NCBI GenBank assembly: GCA_035084275.1
Contig: CM068757.1
Span: 3,038,001-3,102,000 of the forward strand
Length of the DNA stretch: 64,000 bases
Source of the DNA: Hydrolagus colliei
Lineage: Eukaryota
Direction of reading: 5' to 3'
Under the pieces are notes generated by a model, which was given only the letters and a program-made list of their open reading frames with translations, was not told the DNA's origin and ran no database searches. Shown piece by piece: positions 12,367 to 22,620 of the stretch; position 1 is the stretch's first letter, and each line of letters starts with the position of its first letter. The position numbers were made by a program, and so were the translations under genes.

Positions 12367-13012
12367 CTTCACAATAGAGGAAACAATGCATCAAACTTTA
12401 GGCTGTACTGAACGGACTACATGTCAATTAAAGCAACAACAACAAAATTACACTTGTATAGCGTCTTTCACAAATATACAGCACATTCACAAGTGGTAAA
12501 TTACATTTAGAAGGAGGTCTTGTTCATACTGAGTCTGCTTCAGATAAGCCAGTGTTCACGACAATGCTGTGTATTGCATTACACTACAGTAATATGCCTC
12601 TCAGTAAAACATTGATAGCAGAAGAATACAACCTAAGTAAAATATCATACATGCTTAAAATATGAAGTTAGGGCTGGTTAAGCCTACAGTTACTACTATA
12701 ATCTTCAAGCTATCCCTTTTAATGTCTGAAAAAAAAGATCATCTACAAATCAACATTTTATAGTTCTTCAATCGTTCCAAAATTGTTTAGTCTGTGTTTA
12801 GACTATTACGAGGGATATATTTATAGGTGATTCAAGATTTTAATAAGTATATTTAACACAGTGTTCTGTGGGGGAATCTAATGTACCACAAGAGGAAATA
12901 GTGGAATGTGGGCTGCTGCCCATCTCCCAAATAAAAAAAGGCCTGCGCATTTAGCAGAGACGTTTTGCGTCAAGTCATCCTCGGGAAGAGGAGTACGAGT
13001 TCCCATTCTCAC

Positions 13013-13063
13013 CTCCTTTTGACGCTTCTCTGCAGCTTCTGCTAGTTGCCGTCTTCTCGTTTC
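13013..13063 (-). CDS. SVIP: SVIP exon 2 (ETRRRQLAEAAEKRQKE), VCP-interacting motif
   Basis: ttctttctcag|GAA...GAG|gtgaga, 51 nt; contains the VIM consensus R-x5-AA-x2-R. Confidence 0.96.
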
Positions 13064-14704
13064 CTGAGAAAGAATAAAATAATTCAAGATTTCAGCAGAG
13101 TGCAGATAAAAACTATATAAGCTTCGGTAACATTAGCTCCTAATGTTTTAGTCATTTTCACTTCTGACTGAGTATCACCATTGAGAAAACTCTTTCCCCG
13201 ATGCCCAGGCTGTTTCTTTTCTTTCCATCTAACCCCCCAACCCCCCCTCCAACACACCTCCCTAAACTGCAATAACCTAGTCTTTTTATTTACAATTATC
13301 CATGTGAAGCTTCAAGTGTTCATCCAATTTACCTTGCTAGTGACCACACCACAAAGATTCACAACAGGACACAAGAAGTAATTAAAACTCATTAATACTA
13401 AATGATGCCTCACTGATGTAAGACGAAAGGGATGCGCCTCCTCTCATTCAAGTTTACAAAGTGATTTCATCCTAAATGAAACAACACATTGTTGTTCATT
13501 CCAACTTTAAATCAAAAGGGCATTATGTGACTCATGGGTGGACATTTAACCATTTACACCAGTACTCAGCAATCTCCTGTGTGCTTGTGTGTGTTGTAGA
13601 ACTATTACTCCATTGTTCTATATTATCTGATAGTGCGAGTTATCGACAAACAGAATATAATTCATTAGGTGATTAAATATAGCGAAGCAGCAAACACAAC
13701 ATCGGAAAGGTTAGAAAACAAATGGGAGGGTTTCTCTTGGGTTGCAGTTAATGGGAATAATGTGTAACTTATTCTGGGTTCGCACTATGCCCTAAATCCA
13801 CTCCATGTAAACCTCTTTCTGTTTGTTTTCAGCCTCCCATTTGATCTAGATAGATCTCAATTCACATCAACAGAAAATGTGTTCTAATTTGCAAATTGTG
13901 TTAACCATGTGTAAACACACATGTACAAAGGGGATTCCAGGTGGCTTTAATTATATAATTAACAAGTAATCTAATGAGTAAAGATGATTTGGTAATCCTT
14001 TAGATCAGTTTTGATTATAATTTTAATACTCTCTGTAGCCTTGCCTAAAACAACCTGCTAATTAGACATTGTTATTATTGGAAGATCACAATGAGTTGCA
14101 ACTGTACCAACAAATACATTTTGCCATACTCATGTTTTAGACCCAGACAAACAAGATCCACCACTCCCTATACTAAGATAAATAAGACTGTGTTAATCTT
14201 GATTTAACGCACAAGGATTAGAACGTATTACAGCAACTCAAAATAGGGTCAACTCAATGGAGCCCTTCAAGTATTACTCCAGGCATGAATCACAAAGATT
14301 GCCACATCCCTTGAGTTCACCAAGATAACAGCAAAAAAAAACTCTCAAGAGATTAAGTTCTTAAAACTGCTAAAAAACAACAACAACCTGCAACCAAACC
14401 TACGCTTGAGACCAATTCACTGGGCAACTTTAAAACAAGATAGACAGATACGTTAGCATCTTAAAGGGTACGACAAAAGAAGGACTGAAACATCTGCCAA
14501 TATCTAATAAACTGCTTGTTGGACTGAATGGCTCCTTCTGCTCCAGTTCTACGTTCCTAAAGAAAGGTATAATTGTAGCTTCAGATAGAATCGAGGAACT
14601 TAAACTTGAAAGAACCTGTAATAATACAAATATACCATGTGTTTCCTGAGTTTTAAAAATACGACAAGACCTTTTGGCTACTCCCGCAACCCTCTTCGGG
14701 CATC

Positions 14705-14890
14705 GTTATTATTATTATATCAAATGTAATGATTATTATTATTATATCAAATCAAAACATTGTGATTATTATTTTGCAGTTATTATATCACATATCATTG
14801 TGATTATTATATCAAACATAAGGATTATTATATCAAATGCAAACATCGTTATCAATGTATAACGTATGTATGTCGCATCATTATATCCAA
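14705..14890 (+). repeat. Degenerate minisatellite built from the SINE 3'-terminal motif
   Basis: Five or six units of TATATCAAA..GATTATT(ATT)n. Confidence 0.75.
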
Positions 14891-14920
14891 CGCAGCAAAG
14901 ATGGCCGTTGCTGCGTTGAC

Positions 14921-15737
14921 GATAATAATAATTCTTCCAATTTGATAGCGCGTCTTTTCACGTCTGTCTCTCGTCAGACATCTCAAAGCAAAGTGAATCG
15001 ACTGAATGTACATATTTTGTGGGTGAAACGCGGCAGCCAATTGCGCACAGCAACGTCCCGTCCCACCCCCACCCCCCACAAACAGACTCAGATTATTGAA
15101 ACGACCAATTTTTATNNNNNNNNNNNNNNNNNNNNNNNNNNNNNNNNNNNNNNNNNNNNNNNNNNNNNNNNNNNNNNNNNNNNNNNNNNNNNNNNNNNNN
15201 NNNNNNNNNNNNNNNNNNNNNNNNNNNNNNNNNNNNNNNNNNNNNNNNNNNNNNNNNNNNNNNNNNNNNNNNNNNNNNNNNNNNNNNNNNNNNNNNNNNN
15301 NNNNNNNNNNNNNNNNNNNNNNNNNNNNNNNNNNNNNNNNNNNNNNNNNNNNNNNNNNNNNNNNNNNNNNNNNNNNNNNNNNNNNNNNNNNNNNNNNNNN
15401 NNNNNNNNNNNNNNNNNNNNNNNNNNNNNNNNNNNNNNNNNNNNNNNNNNNNNNNNNNNNNNNNNNNNNNNNNNNNNNNNNNNNNNNNNNNNNNNNNNNN
15501 NNNNNNNNNNNNNNNNNNNNNNNNNNNNNNNNNNNNNNNNNNNNNNNNNNNNNNNNNNNNNNNNNNNNNNNNNNNNNNNNNNNNNNNNNNNNNNNNNNNN
15601 NNNNNNNNNNNNNNNNNNNNNNNNNNNNNNNNNCTTGCCCAAGGTTTGGTCCTGACCTGACAGGATTCGAACACATGCGCACACACACACAGGGGTCTCA
15701 CGCTTGTAAAAGACGAGCGCTCTAACCACTGAGCTAT
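14921..15737 (-). mobile_element. SINE in SVIP intron 1 spanning the assembly gap
   Basis: Tail and core at 14921-15115; head (tagctcagtggttagagcg, gttcgaatcc, ccttgggcaag) at 15634-15737, collinear across the gap. Confidence 0.85.
15116..15633. other. Assembly gap (518 N)
   Basis: Run of N. Confidence 1.
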
Positions 15738-15803
15738 CACCCTCCCTCCCTCCCTCCTCCGGCCCCCGGGCCGCACCCGGCCCGCCACAGAGGGAAACCT
15801 TAC

Positions 15804-15866
15804 CGGATCCGGCGTCTCCACCACATCCTCGGCCGCCCCTCCCAGGCAGGGCAGGCACATACCCAT
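15804..15866 (-). CDS. SVIP: SVIP (small VCP/p97-interacting protein) exon 1 (MGMCLPCLGGAAEDVVETPDP)
   Basis: Strong Kozak cagcATGG; MGxCxPC N-terminus (Gly2 myristoylation, Cys acylation as in SVIP); donor CCG|gtaagg. The four exons join in frame to give 80 aa. Confidence 0.96.
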
Positions 15867-16078
15867 GCTGAGGGCTTCCCCTCCCCACACCCCCACCCCA
15901 CAGGGGACAAGGGTACACAGAGCCGGGCGCCGCCGCCGCTCGGTGTCTCCGGTGAAGCAGCAGCGAGGCGTTCCCGTCAATGTTTACCTCCTCTCGGTCT
16001 CCACTTTCCCGCCCCCTCCAAGCCAAGGAGGGTGTGACGGCAGGCAAGCAGGCACCTCTGGAGCGGTGCTGCCGGTCA

Positions 16079-16094
16079 CAGCGCCACCTATAGG
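16079..16094 (-). promoter_or_regulatory. CTCF-like motif
   Basis: Minus strand CCTATAGGTGGCGCTG resembles the CTCF core CCASYAGRKGGCRSYG (two deviations at the 5' end). Confidence 0.55.
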
Positions 16095-16164
16095 TTGGAT
16101 TGAAGTAGCGCAGTTCAGCCCTCCACTCACTCACTCACTCACTTCACAATTATCTACAACAATG

Positions 16165-16350
16165 TTAACAACAACAACTTAAACTCACGTCGGGAGGACG
16201 TCCCAAGGCGCCTGCGCAGGAGGCGTGTGACCCGAGCTGGGAGGGGAGTGTTCGGGAGGGGGTGAAACACGTAGGGGAGGTCGAAAAGTTCAGGGGGGGG
16301 AACAAAAGGCGCGGTCGAAGAGGAAAGTCTTCAAACCGGCCTTGAAAGAG
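16165..16350 (-). mobile_element. L2 3' end fragment in SVIP promoter, containing NRF1-like GCGCCTGCGCA (16208-16218)
   Basis: (CAA)n tail, cacgtcgggaggacgtcccaagg, ggtcgaagaggaaagtctt; reverse complement of the L2 ends seen elsewhere in the window. Confidence 0.7.
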
Positions 16351-16466
16351 GAAAGGGAAGAAAGCTAATAATAAACCATAATTTAATCACAATCACCCTA
16401 ATAATCACAATACCCACAATAAGTAGAATAGTCATATTAATAATCATCGTAATCACACCAAGAATC

Positions 16467-16950
16467 CTAATAATCCTTGCATTTTGATCTAGCGCTTTTC
16501 ACGTATTCGAGATGTCTCAAAGTGCTTCGCGGAATGTGCCGTCAGGCAAATTGACATATATTTGTATGTACGGTAAAAGCACGTTTATCCGGCACCCGAT
16601 CAACCGTAAATTCCATATAACCGGCGTCGCAAAACAATAAGGTCCGCGTTCGGTTAACCGGAACTTGTCCCGAAAAATGCATAACATTTTTTTTCAAATT
16701 GTTTTGCCGTTTTTGGCTGAAAATCCAGCACGCGCTATAACCGTTATTGGCCATGTCCCGAGGGTGCTGGATAAATGGGCTTTTACTGTATATTCTGTGG
16801 GCCGAAACCCGCCAGCCAATTGCACACGGCAGGGTCCCGCACAAACCATCGTAGATTGATGCGACCCTTTTTATTGTTTTCTGTTTTTGTTCTTTTGAGG
16901 GATTATTATCAGGCACGTGGTGTAAGGAAACTTTTGCCCTGGCTTGCTGG
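16467..16950 (-). mobile_element. SINE interrupted by a MITE
   Basis: Tail at 16467-16568; core resumes at 16791 (tattctgtgggc...gccaattgcacacggc...gggattattatcaggc...taaggaaact). Confidence 0.85.
16571..16788. mobile_element. Non-autonomous Tc1/mariner-pogo (Tigger-like) MITE, 218 bp
   Basis: 27-bp TIRs (cggtaaaagcacgtttatccggcaccc versus reverse complement cagtaaaagcccatttatccagcaccc, 4 mismatches); TA on both sides (16569-70, 16789-90). Confidence 0.88.
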
Positions 16951-17049
16951 GAATCAGTGTAGAAAATCAGCTCAAGCAAATATGGACAATATCTTGCCAT
17001 GTTAATAACCTTGCAATATGAGATACTTAGTGTCTTTTTTCCCTCCTTA

Positions 17050-17355
17050 TAAAGCTTTGCCCACAAAATACACGGCCACTCCACTTTACAGGATGTCCTG
17101 TGATGCGTTTTAGACGTCTCAATGATGTGATGATGCACCATATTGAATGTAAAGATTATTATTATTCATAATGAAAAGCGATGCAAAATCCCAGAATAGT
17201 TTGTGATTTCTTGAAAGATGTCCTTTTAATCGGCTGCTGCGTTATGCTCACAAAATGTAAAGTCAATTCACTTTACAGCGTATTCTGTGAATCGCTTTGA
17301 GACGTCTCGAAGACATGATTGAGGCGCTATATGAAATGCAAGGATTATTATTATA
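17050..17355 (+). mobile_element. Two tandem SINE 3' fragments (~17050-17165, ~17230-17355)
   Basis: Each has cactttacag...gacgtctc...tatatgaaatgcaaggattattatt-like tail. Confidence 0.85.
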
Positions 17356-18228
17356 ATAGTGTCTGAGAAGTTACCACAGAGAGGTTTACACAGTTGTAAA
17401 TAAGATTGGATACGTAAACCTAGACCAAAATTTTGAATGCAAGAAGTATTTTTAGAGTTACACAGGGGAATTTCAGAACAAATACAAGGAAGCAATGAGA
17501 CTGGACAAATGGCCTTCTTCACCCCAACCGACTATATGAGAAAAAAATCATTTAGTACCCACATCCTGCATCAATCATATCTAATGGTTAAATTAAATTT
17601 GAATTATTTCTATACTTCATACCTAATGGGGTATTAACAGAATATTCTTACTTGAGATCCTTGGGATCTAATTTATGTCACACCATTTCATTCAAGATAA
17701 CTTACACTGTTGAGAATGTTAATCATACTCTGTGGATCCTCCTCAAATGTCTATTTGTAATGAGACTATTTTATAACGAGAAAAGTGTCATTGTGAAATG
17801 GGTTTCTTTTATTGTGTAGGGTATATTTTAGATCTAATGAAGTCTGAGTTGTTACTCCCAAACACCAGCTGAAACATAATGTTCAGCAGATAAAGGAAAG
17901 AACACGATAACCCAGTTATGGAACACTAAAAGTGTGCAGATTAGCTATTTTTTTGTCTCACCACCCCATTACTTTAGACAAAGCTAATATTTTTTTTAAC
18001 TGAGTCGTTAAACTGTAATAGCTTAGTGAAGGTGGTAATTCTGGTGACATGGACATCATTAACATTAATGTGAGAGCCAGTTAACAACTCCAATGTTAAT
18101 AATTCAGAGGAGAGAATACTGGCAAAAAAAAGCTAAGAGCCTAGGATGTTGAATTTGTTTTGTGGAACAAGGAAGTTTAATCATTTAAGGAAACATACTA
18201 ATAGTGTACGTGGGTGATAGTGAAGACC

Positions 18229-18817
18229 TATAGCTCAGTGGTTAGAGCACTTGCCTCACAAGTGAGAGACCTGGGGGCGAAACTTGGGCAAGTTTCCTTA
18301 CTCCACACCTAATCATAATCCCTCCCCCCAAAAATTGGTCACTCAATCCACAAAACTGCGGGACAGTGCTGTGCGCAATTGGCTGCTGCGTTTCGCCCAC
18401 AGATATACAGTCAATTCACTTTACAGCATAGTTTGTGAAGCGCTGTCTAGAACAGCGGTTCTCAACCAGGGGTACATGTATCCCAGGGGATACAAAATTA
18501 CTTCCAGGGGGTACAGGTGGCGGTATATTGATTTATTGAGCTCTCTTATTTAGCATTTTGTAGCCTTCCAAACTGTGTATTTAATTGTTATTCCCCTCGT
18601 TTTGTATGTGCTAGTTATATTGTTGTACTGTCTAAGAAAAGCTTGGTCATAAAACGCAAGTGGAATGAGGGGGATGGTGTGTGTGTGTATGTACATGGTT
18701 GGATGGGGGTACACAATAACGTTGAAAATTAACAAGGGGTACATTACTGAAAAAGGTTGAGAACCACTGGTCTAGAAGACGTGAACAGCTCTGCATCAAA
18801 ATGCAAATATTATTATT
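18229..18817 (+). mobile_element. Full-length SINE interrupted by a hAT MITE
   Basis: Head tagctcagtggttagagcac at 18231; core to 18452; tail resumes at 18770. Confidence 0.9.
18453..18769. mobile_element. Non-autonomous hAT-Charlie-type MITE, 317 bp
   Basis: TIRs CAGCGGTTCTCAACC / GGTTGAGAACCACTG; perfect 8-bp TSD GTCTAGAA (18445-52, 18770-77) fitting the Charlie target nTCTAGAn; subterminal GGGGTAC repeats. Confidence 0.93.
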
Positions 18818-19239
18818 TAACACATTCTAACTGATATAAATGTGTGTTGAATACACGTTTCACACCTTTGTTGGGTTGTGCATGGCAACCTAAGGCTTTG
18901 TATCCTACTTTGAACACTCAGTGACAGATTGACGTTTTCAGGGGCAGTTTTAGAAACATGGACTTCATAAAGTTTCCTTTCATTCCAGCAGGTGGGGCTG
19001 CTCACTGCAGACAAAAATATATAGAGTAAATACGCACAACATCTCACATGTGGAAAATAGTTCTCATTCTCGGCTTGTCATATCCTATGATTTTAATTAC
19101 TTAATTAGACTACTCTACAACTAGGTTACCATCATTTTTGTAAACTAATTATAAGCATCTATTTAATTGCTTCTATTTGCATAGCACATTTCACATAGGG
19201 TAATGTCTCAATGCACTTTACAAAACACTTAGTGGGAAA

Positions 19240-19390
19240 TGCAAGCGCCCTATCACGTCTTCTAGACGTTTCAAAGCACTTCACAGAAAATACTGTAAAG
19301 TGAACTGACTATTTTGTGGGTGAAACGCAGCAGCCAATTATTACGCACAGCAGCGTCCCAAAAACAGCCTTGGATTGAGTGACCAATTTA
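19240..19390 (-). mobile_element. SINE fragment
   Basis: tcacgtcttctagacgtttcaaagcacttc...gcagccaatt...ggattgagtgaccaattt. Confidence 0.85.
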
Positions 19391-19852
19391 AGGTGACAGT
19401 GGTTGAAGGGGTAGGTTTTCAGAAGGTTTTTAAAAGCCAGAGTTGGACAGGGGGCGAGGTTGACGGATTTACGTAAACAGTTCCAGAGGTAAAAGTGCTT
19501 GAAAGCTAAACCACTCATCTTCACCAGACACAATGTGTCTGTGGGGACCAGTGAAGAAAATGGGAGCATCTGTCACCACTGAAGAACTGAGGAGAATAGA
19601 AACGTTTGTCTTCCCCTATAACATTGTCGAACTGAAGCAGCAGGTTCTCAGGCTTCGACTGAAGTTGCTCCTGAGCTAACACATTGGGAGATGTACAAGT
19701 GCAACCCAGTCGGAACTTCTTTTTTTGAAGACCACCCTCTTCGACCATGCCTACAGCCACCTCCCCCAGGCTTGCTGTCCCGCTCTGCCAAGTGCTCTAG
19801 GACACAACCCTGGATCAGGGGTGTTATACAAATGCAAATTGTTGTTGTTGTT
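19390..19852. mobile_element. Degraded L2 3' fragments (minus ~19390-19510; plus ~19720-19852)
   Basis: ctcttcgaccatgcct...tatacaaatgcaaattgttgttgttgttg tail, plus an antisense counterpart. Confidence 0.55.
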
Positions 19853-20627
19853 GATGTTTACCCTTACTCCAATTTATCTCTGCCCGTTCTGGGGAAGCTG
19901 GACCAACTCTCAAGGCAATTGTTTGACGGGATGTTGCAAATATTGATGGATATACGTTGTGGAGCTCTAGATATTGTGTCAGTGGAACGTAAACGCACTG
20001 AAATGGGTGCTAGAAAATGCATACGGTGCTAGAAAATCCAGGTTCTCTTTTACTGCTACTGACAGACTGTAAACCAAACCCTTCATTAAACGCTTTTTAT
20101 GGATTGAGCTTGTTATTGGAGTAGTCTATTGGAAACGTGCCTTTAACAACTAACAAGGATTTATACACAGAGGTAAACCAGTTAAGGTGACCTTTGTGTA
20201 CGTATCTTTGCTGGATGAAAGAGAACTGATCCTATTTGGATTTCAAAACTGGTTGAGAGATTCATTAAATATAATGAGAACAACCACGGCCGTAGTTTAG
20301 GCATCCCGCTGACTTTTCACAGCAAGGGCTATGACTCTGCCACCATCACAAATTCCTGCCTCACCACAAAGAAACATCTAAACTCACCATTTATAGGAGC
20401 TATCGCATCTTCAAATCTTTAATGCATCACGTACACCTTAACATCTTTTTTCTCCAACAATGAGAGGATCTGCTCAGTGATTTTTATATGGGAGCTGAAC
20501 AAGAGAGCTAATGGACCCTTGGCTCCAGCCAAAATGCCAGAGTTTTGCATAAACAACATGCCACTTGCCACATGCTCTCTTCCCGACAAAGAAAGTGAGC
20601 TGTTTCTAGAAACGTTTGGGAACATTA

Positions 20628-20648
20628 ATGTGTGTGTGTGTGTGTGTG
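20628..20648. repeat. (TG)n microsatellite
   Basis: Read directly. Confidence 0.9.
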
Positions 20649-22404
20649 AGGGAGGAGTGAATGAAAATCATAAGCTAGCTCCTAAACATAAGTAAAAACG
20701 TTCAGTAATAATGTCTTGTTTGCCCTTGGATTTGACAACATTAAAACAATGTGGCCGAGTGAAGTTACCAACCCCCACCCACCTTTGTCCGTGTCCGTCA
20801 TTGATTCTTCCTATCTCCTCTATACTAAGCCCTGATATTAGGTTTTCTAGATTGTATATAATAAAAGCAATACAACATTGTTCTCGAAGCAATGGGCAAA
20901 TGACATCAATGCCTACTGAACGTGTTGTATTTTCAATCAATCATTTAAAAATCTGCTTTAAAATGTCATTTTTTTTAACACAATTTCAGCCAGATGAATG
21001 TAATACAGGAGCAAAAGCAAAAGTAATGCAATTTGTAAATGTTTTTTTTTTCCTCCACAGATTTTAATAATTTGTTTAAAGGGAAATGTTGAACTGGAAA
21101 AAATAGAGAGCATCACTTATCCTCATTACTTTATATTACTCTTGTTCTAATGCTATAAAGTGGTAAGGCTTTCAGGCTGGTGGTGGGTGGGGGGAGGTTA
21201 GAGAAAGGCATAGTGTAAAGAAAATGGTGAACTCTGTGATGTTAAACTGTCAAACAACACAAATCAATATATGGAAATTGTCAAAAACAATCACCCCTTT
21301 TTCAGGCTGGCTAATGAATCTTGACACCTATAATTATTACAACGCGTTACCTTGTAACATCTTGCATGGAAATCAATTTTAAAGGCTAAAATGTCGTGAC
21401 ATGCTTTTTAACCAACTTTGTTTCTGAGCTCTGATCGGGTTTCAGAAGATAAGTGACTTTGAGGTTGTATTAAATTATCATTTCTTTTCGGTGGGTTGCA
21501 ATTTGACACTACCTAAGGCTAGGATAGATGTCCCCCTCCCCCTAAGAAAAGGAACATTTTCCTCCTTGGGATCAGTATCAATCATTTCTGGATTAGCTGT
21601 TACATGAGTTAATGGCGGAATAAAGCTTTATTGAGCATTTTGCAATTACGTGCCTTTATCCCAAGCTCAAGAGCACAGTCTCTCAATGCACCCGTACGTC
21701 ACTTCCACTTCTAACAGCTTTCGTGCCCAAGTAAGATGACCAATTTAGTGACAATTCACGGTGAATTACAAGCAATTCTATTCCGCGGTTTACGCCGACT
21801 CAGAGATGGGATTAGACTGTCTAAATACATTCCATGCGAGACTTTTATGTGTGGCAGGAAAGGGAGAAATGCATTACATCTGAGCTCGATTTAAATACAG
21901 CTCCCAGAGGTAAAATCACAGCACTCTGACTAACCATGATCCTAACTGTTCTATTAACTTTAAATTTGATTTGTCTCATCAATCCACCGTGTTGAGTTGC
22001 TTTGACTTCATTTAGTCAATACACGCCAGTAATTTGGTCAAAGGCAACTATTTGCCAACATGCTCCTGTAAAGCTTACTACAGTGCATACAATATTTCTC
22101 ATGAAAATCAATGTTTAGTAAAAAAATGACGGATGTGTTTGTGTAAAAGGCAGTGCCTGGATCCTTTCTTCTCATCACTTTCTCCACTTTAACTTCACTC
22201 GTAACTACATATCTCTGAAAGTCAAGACGTTAGAAATACCCTTCGGGCACCTCGGAATTCCAAGCCGGCAGTTGCCAGGAGTTACAATGCACAAAAGACG
22301 CACAAATTTCCAGGTGGCTGACAGAAAATCAGGGTTCCTGAATACGTATACAAATTCGACATTTTTAGTATTACTTTGAAATGAATGATTAATTTCATCT
22401 GAGG

Positions 22405-22620
22405 GAACTGATGACCAGGGTTCCGCTTTCTCTTTTCAAAATAGTGCCGTGGGATCTTGAACCTCGGTTCAATGTCTGATCGGAACGACGGAACTTCTGA
22501 CAATGCAACAATCCCTCAGCATTGGCCTCCGGCGTGGAGGGAGCTATATAAATCAAAGTTGTTGCTGTTGTTGTTGTTGGAAGGTCAGCCTAGATTGTGA
22601 GCTCAAATTGCTGACTTGGG
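22405..22620 (-). mobile_element. Ancient DeuSINE (SacSINE1/AmnSINE1-like) fragment interrupted by a short L2 tail (22525-22578, +)
   Basis: atagtgccgtgggatctt, cctcggttcaatgtctgatcggaacgacgg, gacaatgcaacaatccctcag and gtcagcctagattgtgagctcaa resemble the antisense Deu-domain sequence as I recall it. Confidence 0.65.

Larger units (their letters stand above)
15700..16330 (-). promoter_or_regulatory. CpG island / SVIP promoter and 5' UTR
   Basis: Sharp rise in GC and CpG density around SVIP exon 1 against an AT-rich background. Confidence 0.85.

Noticed and set aside
12878-13087. 69-aa ORF as a stand-alone gene
   Set aside because: Only 13013-13063 is SVIP exon 2; the rest is intron read-through.
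14705-14890. Repeat-spacer appearance suggestive of a CRISPR array
   Set aside because: Vertebrate intron, irregular AT-rich units derived from the SINE tail, no unique constant-length spacers and no cas genes.
14837-16134. Five long ORFs of 209-340 aa in the ORF track
   Set aside because: Their length comes from translating the 518-N gap; only SVIP exon 1 (15804-15866) is real.
16542-17141. 199-aa minus-strand ORF upstream of SVIP
   Set aside because: A patchwork of SINE and MITE sequence; no transposase or other domain recognised.
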